Position numbers and translations under genes: made by a program. A stretch of 64,000 nucleotides of DNA from Macrostomum lignano. Its lineage: Eukaryota. The stretch is from assembly GCA_002269645.1 (NCBI GenBank), contig NIVC01001470.1, positions 5,944 to 69,943 of the forward strand, in the 5' to 3' direction. Numbering within the stretch: position 1 is the first letter of the stretch; each line of letters begins with the position of its first letter. Of this stretch, positions 48,313-61,828 are shown piece by piece. Under the pieces are notes generated by a model, which made no database searches, was not told where the DNA came from, and saw only the letters and a program-made list of their open reading frames with translations.

Positions 48313-48417
48313 GATGTGCCAGCGGCCCAGGCTCGATTCCAAGTGCAGTCACATAAATTTTAGGCCGAATTCGAATCTCGACTCGGCTCTGCTCGTGCAA
48401 TTAACGCTCTTGAGGGC
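48313..48417 (+). mobile_element. SINE family A, copy 2 (5' truncated)
   Basis: GATGTGCCAGCGGCCCAGGCTCGATTCCAAGTGCAGTCACAT... matches the reverse complement of 31460-31566. Confidence 0.65.
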
Positions 48418-48835
48418 CAATCGAAGTTTAATAAAAGATGACCCAGAGAAACTCCACCTGGCTTTTCTAAGTAAACTGAAGCACTTCAGTCAGCCTGAAG
48501 TTGTCAGAAAATTGGGAATTTTGGGAAAGAGTTTGGATTCTGGTTCTCCTTGAAACCAGCTCATCCCCACTCTCTCTCTCTCTGCCCCTCTCGCCCAGAA
48601 TCCTCCAGACTACGAGTATAAGTGTACTTTCTGTTTACGTACTCTACATCAAAATCGGCGGGCCAGCCTCCCCCGTCTGTCTGCTCTCACTCTCTCCCCC
48701 GCATTCTGCTTGATTCGCATGACAAAGTTTCCTTATGCATTGTATATAGAATATACTAATAATAATGATATAATAACATAAGGTAGCTGCAGACGTCTGG
48801 ACAGAATACCGGGCTCTCATGTATTACCGGACAGT

Positions 48836-48894
48836 GCAGACAGACAGACAGACAGACAGACAGAAAGACAGACAGACACTAAGGCAGACAGACC

Positions 48895-48942
<48 letters not shown>

Positions 48943-49033
48943 CTAAGACAGACACTAAGACAGACAGACAGACAGACAGACACTAAGACAGACAGACAGA
49001 CAGACACTAAGACAGACACTAAGACAGACACTA

Positions 49034-49066
<33 letters not shown>

Positions 49067-49162
49067 TACAGACACACAGACAGACAGACACTCTGACAGA
49101 CAGACACTCTGACAGACAGACGGACAGACAGACAGACAGACACTCTGACAGACAGACACTCT

Positions 49163-49202
<40 letters not shown>

Positions 49203-49205
49203 GTC

Positions 49206-49246
<41 letters not shown>

Positions 49247-49247
49247 C

Positions 49248-49285
<38 letters not shown>

Positions 49286-49287
49286 GG
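48836..49287. repeat. (GACA)n microsatellite with CTAA/CTCT variants
   Basis: Tetranucleotide run. Confidence 0.95.
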
Positions 49288-50639
49288 ACTAGCGGTCGGA
49301 CATAACCAAAACCTAAATTTCTCTTTCTCTCAAGAGCCCCAAGCCAGCAACCAGTTTCTGCACAAACAGCATTTTATTGTCGCCAATCAAATTATTGCTG
49401 GTGAATGTAAATATTTTTATTATTTTGCAATGCAATATTGTTATTCACTGGTGTGTACAAGAAGTTATGAATAATAATTTTGCTTTTATAGGGCTAAGAG
49501 TTTTGCACGATTTGCTTGAAATGGCTTTTGCCACTGCTTGAGCTGTGCAGTAAAGAATTAATATTCTGCAGGCGTGGGACTAATTACTAATGTGAATTTA
49601 TGACTGGAGCGGAATTGACACTATAGGCTGCAATATGGAAGCCTGCATGCAATGCATAAATATGGATTGTAAGCCCCTATCAAGCGAGGCTTCTGAGGAA
49701 TTAGAGGTCCTCCTCTTTTTGTACTGTAATATCGCTGACGTCAAGGACCACTATTGACTCTACTTGGACTGGAAGCGATTGGCAGAAACGCTTCAAACCA
49801 GTTCACTACGAGGCGGGGGGTGTCCGGAAAGTTCTGACACTTAATCCCGGAGCAAAAAACTGTGTTCATGTTAAAGCAACAGATTTCTTCTTTCTAATCA
49901 CCTCAATATCGTATTTTTTGGTCAGGCATAAAAAATTATCGTAATGCCACTGACTGGCAACGAATGTAAAAAGGTTTGGTTTGTCCTTATACTCGTAGAA
50001 ACAAATTGTTGGCTTTATTCATCATCATCGGGCTTAAAGGCAGCCTTCTCAACACTGCAGCAACACACTTCTCCTATCGCTTGAGCATCCCGTCAGTCGC
50101 ATCAGAGTAGCACTGTCCTGAAAGACCATGGGATAAACCTTGCCCTCCAAATGATCCCTGCTACATGTTGGCATAAACTCGCCCCTCATACCGGTACGGT
50201 TCTTCAGCTGTGGAAAAATAAAGAAATCCGGAGCCCGTTTCGTGCTTGTAGCTTGTTTAGCTTCCAGTCCAGGGAGTCAGCAGCAGTCCCTGGCTTACAT
50301 ATACACCGTATTATAGAGCTATTGGATAATTTTGATTTATGGGGATCTAACAACAGATGCTGCTTGGGGGAATGTGCACACACAACTGCGAGAGAGAGAG
50401 AGAGAGAGGACGGGTTGGGCCGGTGACCTCAAGCAGGCACAGCATGCGGCACGCAGTGGCTCAGCAGGGAACACTGCGGGATCGGGTCAGCTTGGCATTT
50501 TTGATAAAAAAGGTTTTTTGAAAATGTCAAAATATTTTGCGCGAAGGATGTGACAAGAGAATTTGTGCGGCTGGTGCCGAATCATCAAGACTATGAATTC
50601 TGTGCAGATTTTAACTGCATGTCATTGAGGTTCAAACTC

Positions 50640-51685
50640 TAACAAGGCGGATCGCAACACTATCAAGGTTGATCGCAACACTATCAAGGTTGATTGCAAC
50701 TCAATCAGAGTTTGATTGCAGTTCTATCAAGGTTGATTGCAACACTAATGAATGTTGATTGCAATTCTATCAAGGTTGATTGCAACTCTATCAGGGTTGG
50801 TTGCAACTCCATCAAGGTTGATTGCAACTCCATCAAGGTTGATTGCAACTCTAATGAATGTTGATTGCAATTCTATCAAGGTTGATTGCAACACTATCAA
50901 GGTTGATTGCAACTCAATCAGGGTTTGATTGCAATTCTATCAAGGTTGATTGCAACTCCATCAAGGTTGATTGCAACTCTAATGAATGTTGATTGCAATT
51001 CTATCAAGGTTGATTGCAACTCAATCAGGGTTTGATTGCAATTCTATCAAGGTTGATTGCAACTCAATCAGGGTTTGATTGCAATTCTATCAAGGTTGAT
51101 TGCAAATCTATCAAGGTTGATTGCAATTCTATCAAGGTTGATTGCAACTCTATCAAGGTTGATTGCAACACAATCAGGGTTTGATTGCAAATCTATCAAG
51201 GTTGATTGCAACTCCATCAAGGTTGATTGCAACTCAATCAGGGTTTGATTGCAATTCTATCAAGGTTGATTGCAACTCAATCAGGGTTTGATTGCAACTC
51301 TATCAAGGTTGATTGCAACTCCATCAAGGTTGATTGCAACTCTATCAAGGTTGATTGCAACTCAATCAGGGTTTGGTTGCAACTTTTTCAAGGGTTGATT
51401 GCAGTTCTATCAAGGTTGATTGCAACACAATCAGGGTTTATTGCAATTCTATCAAGGTTGATTGCAACTCAATCAGGGTTTGATTGCAACTCTATCAAGG
51501 TTGATTGCAACTCTATCAAGGTTGATTGCAACTCTAATGAATGTTGATTGCAATTCTATCAAGGTTGATTGCAACTCAATCAGGGTTTGATTGCAACTTT
51601 ATCAAGGTTGATTGCAACACAATTAGGGTTTGATTGCAATTCTATCAAGGTTGATTGCAATTCTATCAAGGTTGATTGTAGCTCT
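50640..51685. repeat. 21/22-bp minisatellite (TCAAGGTTGATTGCAACTCTA)n
   Basis: About 48 units of interleaved variants, each with a TTGCAA palindrome. Confidence 0.93.
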
Positions 51686-52364
51686 AACGAGGAAGTGGAC
51701 TGCAGGTTGGTAAAGCCTATATAGCCTGAAATGACTGAAAGAAAATGAACTATCGACTCAGTCTCCCTGCAAGTGATCGCAAATTAATGCTCCTTAGAAG
51801 GGATATGAAGCTTGAAGCTCCTATTGACTCGGCCATTAATCCCGCGGGTTCCAACGCCACATCAGCAGGCAGCTGCAGCCGAAAAAGGGCGCTGACTGTG
51901 ATATGGGAGAAATGCTAATGAAGTCGGGCGGCGCCGGTGCGAAATTCCTACAGAAAGCGCGGAGATCTCGAGGAACCCCCCCCCCTTCGGCCATTATGCA
52001 GCTGCGGCATGCTGGACTGGGGGGGGGGGTTGCACCGACCCATCGAGCTGAAGAAGGCGACTTCGTTAGGCCGAGTTGTGGCAGCTGAGGGAGAGAGTGA
52101 GAAATTTCGCAACCCCCCCCCATAAACAAATAGTAATGGCCCAACAGTTCACAGCGCGCGAGATTCTGCGGCCATGAATTCATTTTTTATCTTTCTTCAC
52201 CCGGGCGTTGGTGAGAAAGGCTATGCGAGAATTTTTTAAGGCCTTGTAGCGGTTGCGTATCCTGAGGGCTTCTGAGACACCCCCACTCTGCAGCTATCCA
52301 GTCAAAATTTATCCTAGTGGCTGGCTGGGATCCTGGACGGCATCCCCATTCAACAGAGGCCTCA

Positions 52365-53381
52365 GTCTCGCTGTCTCCCCGTCTTCCTGTCTCCCCGTCT
52401 CCCTGTCTCCCTCTCTCCCTGTCTCCCTCTCTCCCTGTCTCCCTCTCTCCCTGTCTCCCTCTCTCCCTCTCTCCCTGTCTTCCTCTCTCCCTCTCTCCCT
52501 CCCTCCCTGTCTCCCTGTCTCCCTCTCTCCCTCTCTCCCTGTCTCCCTCTCTCCCTGTCTCCCTCTCTCCCTCTCTCCCTGTCTCCCTCTCTCCCTCTCT
52601 CCCTGTCTCCCTCTTACTGTCTCCCTCTTACTGTCTCCCTGTCTCCCTGTCTCCCTCTCTCCCTGTCTCCCTGTCTCCCTCTCTCCCTGTCTCCCTGTCT
52701 CCCTCTCTCCCTCTCTCCCTGTCTCCCTCTCTCCCTCTCTCCCTGTCTCCCTCTCTCCCTCTCTCCCTGTCTCCCTCTTACTGTCTCCCTCTTACTGTCT
52801 TCCTGTCTCCCCGTCTCCCCGTCTCCCCGTCTCCCTGTCTCCCTCTCTCCGTCTCCCTCTCTCCCTGTCTCCCTGTCTCCCTGTCTCCCTCTCTCCCTCT
52901 CTCCCTGTCTCCCTCTCTCCCTCTCTCCCTGTCTTCCTCTCTCCCTCTCTCCCTGTCTCCCTCTTACTGTCTCCCTCTTACTGTCTCCCTGTCTCCCTGT
53001 CTCCCTCTCTCCCTGTCTCCCTGTCTCCCTGTCTCCCTCTCTCCCTCTCTCCCTGTCTCCCTCTCTCCCTCTCTCCCTGTCTTCCTCTCTCCCTGTCTCC
53101 CTCTTACTGTCTCCCTGTCCCCCTCTATCCCTCTCTCCCTCTCTCCCTCCCTCCCTCTCTGACTGTCTCCCTCTCTCCCTCTCTCCCTCTCTCCTTGTCT
53201 CCCTCTCTCTTTGTCTCCGTCTCTCCCTGTCTCCCTCTCTCCCTGTCTCCCTCTTACTGTCTCCCTGTCCCCCTCTCTCCCTCTCTCCCTCTCTCCCTCT
53301 CTCCCTCTCTCCCTCTCTGACTGTCTCCCTCTCTCCCTCTCTCCCTCTCTCCCTGTCTCCCTCTCTCCCTGTCTCCCTCTC
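52365..53381. repeat. Pyrimidine-rich 8-bp repeat (CTCCCTGT/CTCCCTCT)n
   Basis: About 1 kb of almost pure C/T on the plus strand. Confidence 0.93.
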
Positions 53382-53838
53382 CGCACCTTTTGTATTTGCT
53401 TCGCACACCAGATTTTTCTCTCAGCGTAAAAGTGGTTAGTTACTTAAAAGAAGCAAGCCAAAGATTAAGCTGATTCAAGTGCTGAAGGAAATCATCATTT
53501 CCGTTCTGTGAACTGTGCAGATTTATTTTTGCAGAGCAGGTTTTGCTTTCATTACGCTTCGTTGAAATTCAGAATTTCAGTTTTGCATGGTTTTTGCCAT
53601 TCGAAGATGCAACACAGACTGGCTGGTGGGGGGACCGCAACTGCGCAGCATCGAGTAGCTGCTCCATCGAATTCCTCGGAGCAGGGGGGGGGGCACAGCG
53701 CAGTGATTTGAGGTCTGCTTCTGCTTTTCTGAATCAAAATTTTCCAACTTGAATTCGATGGCTGTTCCTGTAGCTGAAAATCTGCGCAGCAGTTTAATTA
53801 AATCAGATAGTTTCCGGGAATTGAAAAAATCCCGCAGA

Positions 53839-54610
53839 GCAGCTGGCAAAGTAGCTGGCAAAGTAGCTGGCAAAGTAGCTGGCAAAGGAGCTGGCAAAGT
53901 AGCTGGCAAAGGAGCTGGCAAAGTAGCTGGCAAAGGAGCTGGCAAAGTAGCTGGCAAAGGAGCTGGCAAAGTAGCTGGCAAAGGAGCTGGCAAAGTAGCT
54001 GGCAAAGGAGCTGGCAAAGGAGCTGGCAAAGTAGATGGCAAAGGAGCTGGCAAAGTAGCTGGCAAAGTAGCTGGCAAAGGAGATGGCAAAGTAGCTGGCA
54101 AAGTAGCTGGCAAAGTAGCTGACAAAGTAGCTGGCAAAGTAGCTGGCAAAGGAGCTGGAAAAGTAGCTGGCAAAGGAGCTGGCAAAAGGGATGACAAAGG
54201 AGATGACAAAGGAGATGACAAAGGAGATGACAAAGGAGATGGCAAAAGTGATGGCAAAACAGCTGGAAGAGAAGCTGGCAAAGGAACTATCAGAGGAGCT
54301 GGCAAAAGAACTATCAGAGGAGCTGGCAAAGGAACTAGCGGAGGAGCTGGCAAAGGAACTATCAGAGGAGCTGGCAAAGGAACTAGCGGAGGAGCTGGCA
54401 AAGGAACTATCAGAGGAGCTGGCAAAGGAACTATCAGAGGAGCTGGCAAAGGAACTATCAGAGGAGCTGGCAAAGGAACTATCAGAGGAGCTGGCAAAGG
54501 AACTATCAGAGGAGCTGGCAAAAGAACTATCAGAGGAGCTGGCAAAGGAACTAGCGGAGGAGCTGGCACAGGAGCTGGCAGACGAGCTGGCAAAGTAGCT
54601 GGCAAAGTAA
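53839..54610. repeat. Compound 12-bp (GCTGGCAAAGTA) and 24-bp (GCTGGCAAAGGAACTATCAGAGGA) minisatellite
   Basis: 12-mers give way to 24-mers and return to 12-mers. Several frames are stop-free. Confidence 0.9.
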
Positions 54611-55731
54611 CTTTCAAGGCGCCAGTCAATGCGCGTTATTTTAGGGCGCCAGCCACCATAGCTAGGGCGATAGCTGATGCAGACGCAAGGATAGCATGAC
54701 TTGCAGTCCACAAGCAATATTGAAAAATCATCATTTGTACTCATTGCATTGAATCAGTACTAATAGGAAGCACAAAAGACAACCATTATTATCATACACT
54801 TTATTAGTAATTTTAGAAGCAGAGGCAGGTGGTTGTGCCGAAAAGTCTTCTTGAAGTCAACCTTCGAGGCAGGCAAAAAGCTTGGAATGCAGGTTAACAA
54901 GAGTAGACATACACAGCGAAGCAAGTCAAGTATAGTCGCATGGCAACAAACCCGCGGACCTCTGGAGATTCCCGGATGGCCGGGGGATGAAGTTGAACTT
55001 GCTCGGTGCAACAACTCGCGCAGGGATTCGGATTAGGTTCCGAGCCTGTGCACACGATTCCAACCTAAATCAGCGGCGCTGATGAAATCTGGCTGGCCAT
55101 GACTGCTGGTACCTCAGGCCTATCTATTTCTCTGACCCCTTCCAGCTTCAGCGAGAGGAGAAAAGACTGCTGGGACCTCGTCGACTTTCCATCAGTTTTG
55201 GCAGGCCGAATGCACAAGCATAGGTAGTTGTATACTGTGTATGGCCTCTCGAAACCACGTGGCCAGACCCTTTAAAGCCAGCGATTCAATGAGGGGAAAT
55301 TTCAAAGATAATAATTACCTAGGGAAAATTTGCGTCACATTCTACTGAGATTGGTAAGTAGTCTGCCTTGTCCAGCTCGCCCAAGGCGCGGCGCGAGACA
55401 CAAAGCGTTTCGCTAATTTTCTCACCTGATATTTAATTAGCCTGCGCGCAATTAAGCGCCCACGTGGACTATAATTAAAGCCAGGCACGGCAAATGTGCG
55501 ATGACTAAAAAGGAAACGATAAAGCTACCCCCGATGCATGGGGAGGCGCAGGGACAGACAGGGCGAGCCAAGGTGCGGGACTCTGTCTGAGCTACACGCA
55601 ATTTGCTGGTATCAGGTTTCAGAGTCAACATGCCCCTCGGATACAGCAAATGTCTCTACATTATATAAATTACTCGAGATCAGGAGTGTCTGCATTGTGC
55701 CAGTTTGCATCGGAACTCGAAAAATCGCAAC

Positions 55732-56232
55732 ATGTCGTCAGCTTGCACGGGCCTCACTCTGCTCAGCCTGGCGTGCAGCTTCAGCTCAATCGGGATGCTT
55801 CTGCTAGACTCGAGCGTCATCAACGCCGAGACGGAGCCGCTGGACGCTGCGAGCTCCCTGACTGTTGGCGCGGTCGGCCTGGCAACTCTGGCCTGGTCGA
55901 TCGTCTTCGCACAGCGCAGCCGAGACTCTGCTGGCCAGCAGCTGGAGTCTGGCGGCAGCGTGAGCAAGCGCAGCTGCCAAAACGCGATGAAGCTGCTGGG
56001 CCGGCTGCTGATCGCTGCTCAGGCCGCAGCGGCCGGTCTGTTGGGTTTCGTGCTCGCGCTAAGCACCGTTCAGCTGCACCGCAGGCGAGTCACTTGCACT
56101 CCGATAGACGGCCTAGGCTTAGCCGTGAAAGCGCTAGCCGAACTGTCTCTGGTTGCTATGGCGATTGTTACCATGGCAACCGTATGGCCAAGTTCAACGG
56201 AAGATAACAGCAAGTCAGCTGATGGGTTCTAA
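55732..56232 (+). CDS. Small four-TM membrane protein, 166 aa, unknown family
   Basis: Four hydrophobic segments (TGLTLLSLACSFSSIGMLLL; LTVGAVGLATLAWSIVFA; LLIAAQAAAAGLLGFVLAL; LAELSLVAMAIVTMATVW). Coding-like GC content. Confidence 0.65.
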   Translation: MSSACTGLTLLSLACSFSSIGMLLLDSSVINAETEPLDAASSLTVGAVGLATLAWSIVFAQRSRDSAGQQLESGGSVSKRSCQNAMKLLGRLLIAAQAAAAGLLGFVLALSTVQLHRRRVTCTPIDGLGLAVKALAELSLVAMAIVTMATVWPSSTEDNSKSADGF

Positions 56233-56879
56233 ATAGACTGCATGGATAATGATAAGATTTGGAACCGCATTTTTTTATTTTGTAAAGAATTTTAAACTAC
56301 TAAACAGGAATACAAAGTTTTATTTGTGTTGTGTGATTTTTTTTCATTAAAATCATGCTAAGGAAAGTTCGATCTTTTTCTTTTTGGGGGCTGTACATGT
56401 AGCTGTCAGCGCCCCTTTCGGCGTCCTTAACCCATGCAGTCAGTGCGAAAGTACTAAGACTTCAGTGCGTCTGCACTCATTTTCAGATATGACTATGTGG
56501 CTTCTGCCTTCTGATGTCAAAATGTGACATTTATTAAGAAACATATTCCAGTGCACGCAGACTGTATAAAGCCGGTGGGTGTGGCTTCATCGGAATTTCT
56601 TTTTCTCATCGAATCTTTGATCCTCTAGGCAAAGACAGCTAGGCGCCCAGTGGACTCAAAGAAGGCCGGGTAATAAAATGCTTCCATTGCTACACGATCG
56701 CGTCTATTTAAATGAACACATCTGATTCTTGAAATCCGAAGAAATCCGATTCTTGTCTGTTTCAAACTAAACACTTGTTGAGCAATCATGGTTTTCTTTC
56801 ATGGAAACGTTACAGGTATGTAAGTGTACTGGTGCATACAGTGTTGTGCACAGGTTATGAATTGACAATCTTGAACCTA

Positions 56880-57177
56880 GTGGGTTGCAACCTAATGGTT
56901 TTGGACTCACGACTTGAAAGTCGGGGGTTCGATTCTCGACTCACTCTGAACAATTTGGTTCCTTGAGCAATTGACACTTAATTCTGTATTGCTTCAATTC
57001 ACCCAGCTGTAAAATGGGCACCAGCATTAGCTGAAGTAGTGGCGACACTCATGCAGTCCTTGGACTGAAAAGCCGTACGCAGCCTTCAGATGCCCCGCGC
57101 AATAGCTGCGGCTGAGCTGTCGGTTGCACATCTAGCCCAATTGGGACAGGTGTAATCAATTATTATTATTTATTATT
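56880..57177 (+). mobile_element. tRNA-derived SINE, family B, with central domain and (TTA)n tail
   Basis: A-box-like CCTAATGGT and B-box GGGTTCGATTC, then CCTTGAGCAA...CACTTAA...CACCCAGCTGTAAAATGGGCACC, and a 3' TTATTATTATT tail. Confidence 0.75.
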
Positions 57178-57453
57178 GTCCGTGATCAGAAAGAGAAAGT
57201 AAGGTCTGTTGTATGAACGCATGCCTGGCGTACGCATTCGTAGGAATGTACGTACACGAAGATCAGCTTCAATGCATCAATAGTTTAACTCTCAACTCTC
57301 ATCTTTTTAATTTACACGTCGACAAACAAATAGATTAAGGTTTTAAAAAACTTCTTTTTAATTTATTTTTCAGCCATTCTACTTTATTACTACGGCACAG
57401 CGAATCGCTCGCTATTTTCGCCTGAAAATCTTACTCACATCATCACCTTTCGA

Positions 57454-58411
57454 ATGCGTTACGAAGCTGAACTGGTGCTGAGTTTCGTTATTTCCATCTT
57501 GAAAAGCATCGGCTATCCCCTGGGCCTGCTGCTACAGACCCTGGCCGTTATCTACCTGGTTCGCGGAAACCATGGCTACCCTCCATCAGCCCGCAGCTGG
57601 TTCCTCCTGGTGCTGGGAGCGGACATCGGCAGCACACTCTACCGACTGTACGACCTCATTACGGTGGACTTTAACATTACAAACCCGTTCATTGAGAATG
57701 CGGGCGTGAAAGGCAATTTTGGCCAGCTCTTTATTGCCCTGATGTGGGGCCTGCGACGAAGGAGCGACGCTTTAATGCAGGGAATCTTCTGCAAGGCATT
57801 CTTCATGGTCCTGTACTTCCCTATTTATCTATCACCCATCGCGCTCACGATCAACTCGCTGATTCGTTGCTACTGCGTCAAACATCCGCTAAGAGCCGCT
57901 GAATTGCCAACCGTTTGCGCAGACAGAGCTCTCAAAGCCTTTGCCGTGGTCTTGTCGTTGACTATTGCGATCACTGTGGGTATGCTGTCCGTGGATGGTT
58001 GGTTTAGCTTGCAGCCAGTCATTACCACCTTGGGAGAAACGGTTTTCTATGGCGATTGTGCCATACCGAGAATGCACGCGATTAATACAGATTTCAAACT
58101 TGTATTAGTCAGCTATTGGTTTACTCTGGCCATTGTATTCATCATCTGCGCGTTGAATATCCTGTCGGCTGTTATCATCATCAAAGTCCTGTTTAGTGGC
58201 GAGATTCGCGCCTCAACTAATGATTCGAATGCCGAGATCCGGGCCGCTGCGATGATCCTGGGCATGAATATTACACTCTTTGTTTGTTTCTTCGGTTCTC
58301 GAATAATGTTGCTGGTCAGCGGCATGATCGATAAGATCGATCACCCATTAGCATGTTAGTTACTATTTTTTATTGACTATTTTTATTGCTTGCAATTCCT
58401 TTGATCTATTG

Positions 58412-58477
<66 letters not shown>

Positions 58478-58540
58478 CATTTATTCAATCATTCAATCAA
58501 TCAATCAATCAATCAATTAATCAATCAATCAATCAATCAG

Positions 58541-58577
<37 letters not shown>

Positions 58578-58617
58578 CATTTATTCAATCATTCAATCAA
58601 TCAATCAATCAATCAAT

Positions 58618-58699
<82 letters not shown>

Positions 58700-58977
58700 C
58701 TCAATCAATCCATCAGTTGAAATGACTTAACAAATTAACCAGAATCATATAATTTGTTGTTCAATTCTTGACTTGCTCCGCAGACGTTGTCCTCGAGCGC
58801 ACGTCCGCCTATCTGTTCAACATTCCCTACTACACTAATGTACTGTTCATTGCCGGGTTCACAAAAAAGTTCTACAGATTCTTCATGCCTTGCCTATCAA
58901 GGAGAGAAAGTACGATAACTACGACTGCTCCGGCAACCAGCATGAAAGTCCTGAATAGAGAGCAAGATATGGGCTAA
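57454..58977 (+). CDS. Divergent class A (rhodopsin-like) 7-TM GPCR; exons 57454-58354 and 58784-58977, 364 aa
   Basis: Six TM segments in exon 1, with a TM3 end INSLIRCYCVKHPLR (DRY-equivalent) and Cys in TM3 and ECL2. The phase-1 intron (T|GTTAGT...CCGCAG|AC) supplies TM7 (YLFNIPYYTNVLFIAGF) and a helix-8-like KKFYRFF. Confidence 0.82.
58409..58712. repeat. (ATCA)n microsatellite in the GPCR intron
   Basis: Tetranucleotide run. Confidence 0.97.
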
Positions 58978-61828
58978 GCTTAACTTGAAGTTAAAGCTGA
59001 TCTGCTTCATCGATATGCTTCAGCTGGCAAGGCCCGACTGATTCAATAACAACAATTCATGCATATACACGTCATGCATGCGGAAAGCAAACAATATCAG
59101 ACAATTTACTTACTTTTTAACGGATGCAAAGGTATAAACGCACGAGTAACATGGACACTGAATTTACTTAATCGGCAAACACGCGTACCAGGAGCACTAT
59201 TTTTTAGATAATCAATTGCATACCTTCCTTACCATAGACGGATACATGATAGATAGATGAAACTTTTTATAACGGGGATTATATGTACACCCCGTAGAAC
59301 TGAGGACTTGGTATGTTGGTTACGTTTTTATTATTTACGATTAATTAACCAAGATTGGCATACCGTAAAGCAATAAAAGCTTTAAAGCTATAAAATAATC
59401 AATTTATAACGTGATGAGGGTGCATAGTCTCATGAAAACCCTCATTGGACCCTAATTCATATCGATTAGAAATGAGATTATTTTCTTGCAAGAATATTTA
59501 CTTGCAAACATTCTTGAATGTCGAAATTGATGTAGGAGCTATTGAAAGTACAAATTATTAACGAACTTGTTGATTGAACATACACCCGTATGGCACCAAC
59601 AAATGCGATGAAAAAGGTACACCCTATTTATACGATCGCATGAGACAAACGAGATGTCGCATGTCTGCTCGGCATGTTTCCTGGTTATTCTTATCGGTCT
59701 CTAATACATTTGAAGAACATAAGGAAATTACATGTCAAACTAAAATAAACAAAACTAACTATTAAACTATATTATTGAAAACTAAATTATGAAGGTAAAA
59801 CTGTCTCAATATGTACTAACAGGGACTTAAAGTAATAATGTACATATATTGGTATTTTCTGAGAGCGATCAGTCTCCAAGTAACATGGTTCTACTTCTAC
59901 TTCTTCTAAAATACGTGCGTATTTATGCCCGTGTCGATTCGTTAAAACAATATTAGGCACTAATTTAAACTGGATTTTTTATTACTGTCCGAATATGCCG
60001 ATCGAGCTCGCAAACCCTCGACATGCGATTTGATGTGTAGCATAAGAGTTTATAGATTTTAAATTTTGAGCCCGTAAATCTAGCATATACTAAGTAGTGT
60101 GCACAGAGGTATCGATTCGGCTTGGACTCAATGCTCATCAGCTGGTAGATGTAGTATAGTTGAACAGTAAATTTCAAATTGAACAGAACATACTTCTAGC
60201 CAAAATAGCATAAGCATAACATTAATATACCAGTTGATATACCATCCAGTATGGCCGTATTGGATCGAATGTATTCTAGGGCATGTAAATAATCTGCAAT
60301 GTAATCATGTCCCATTATAATTGGCATTATAAAAGTACTAAAATGTAGGAGTCCAGGAGACAATTTTATAAATAAAATTTGGCTTAAATGAATAGGCCTA
60401 TAACTAAAATAGTTTCTAATCAGTTCCTGCCCATATAGATATCTAAGCCTGTGCCTGTCTATTTATCTATCTGATTACTTGCTATCTTCCATGAATTATG
60501 ATAAATAGGCTACAGCTACAAGAAAAAAACTATTTAAAATTGTTCCATTTTTTTTAAAAACTTAGGCTAGTTATTAATAGGCCTTAGGGTCTAATCTATA
60601 TTATAGGTTTGTTGAAAAGTTCAAATAGATCTACAAGGTATTTATATATAGTTAATACTAATATTAGAAAACTAGATAGCTTGTAGGCCTATTTAAGATA
60701 GATTTACAAAGTACAATCATAGGCATTATTTTTTATTAATCAATTATTTATCTTATTTTATTTTTTATTTATCAATAGAGATAGATAGAGTTCTACTATA
60801 GCATAACCAAATTTTCCTAATATTGGGGTCTTGTTAAATAGATAGTCTTGAACTGCCAAAGCAAATTCAATTAATAGCTTTTTAAATTGAAAGTTGATAG
60901 TTGAAATGCTCACAAGCAAGTTATTTACTCTCTCAGTTTTTAGTTTCTATTTATACTAAATTTAGAGAACATGCATAACAAATTTTATGTGTATAATATT
61001 TTCTCTAATCACTATGTTGAAAGTTAAATAGGAATTCAAATATGATATTTTTTAAAAAGTATTAGAGCTATAAATATAAGTATTATATAATTTTAAAGAG
61101 AATATACTACATTATATGAGTAAAAAGTACATAATCTCATAATTATTATAACAATAATTCAAATTAGTAGGGTCTTTAAAAGATTCAACCAAGTATCAGA
61201 AATTGTAATATGCAATAAATTAAAAAAGGAAAGGAAGCAAATTGAATAGTTCAAGTTAAGGCAACAAAATATTTAAATTAAATATAAAGAAAGCTATATT
61301 GGAAGAAGGCTCTTGATATAACTATTTATATAATTCTAGAAAACTAGTAAATTCAAGATTATACATATATATATTTATACATTGGCTTAGGATTTTGATA
61401 TTGCTTGCATATCTTAAAATCCCTAGGTCCTAGTAAAAATTTAAATCTTAATTCCAAAAAATCAATCTTATCTAAGCTTTAGAAATTGAAAGTGAATATT
61501 TAGAATTAGAAAAAATGAATTTAAACAATAAAATCATACAAACAAAAATGAATAATGATATTCAAAGATCAATAAAAAAGTAATGATAATTTATTCTCCT
61601 AAATGTCAAACTTTAAATGGGAATCTACTTTTTTATATAGTCTTATTTGCATAGAACTCAGAAAGATACCCAACAAGCCACTTTATAATAGCCTTTTGGT
61701 AGCTTTTTTTGTCATTGTGTTGGACTCCTTTGATTGCTTCTTTTAGCTTAAAAAGCAAAAAAGTCCAAAGGAGCCAAAGCAAAGCTATATTAGCTTTGCT
61801 AATATAATTCATTATTTAGCCTTTCTTA

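Noticed and set aside
49806-49842. Mariner-like terminal sequence TACGAGG...GTGTCCGGAAAGTT
   Set aside because: No matching opposite end found, and too short to call.
50010-50150. Possible RTE-LINE 3' end with (GAT)n tail on the minus strand
   Set aside because: Too short and degenerate, with no RT motif recovered.
56880-56945. tRNA gene
   Set aside because: A and B boxes are present, but I could not fold a cloverleaf, and the sequence continues into a SINE body and tail.
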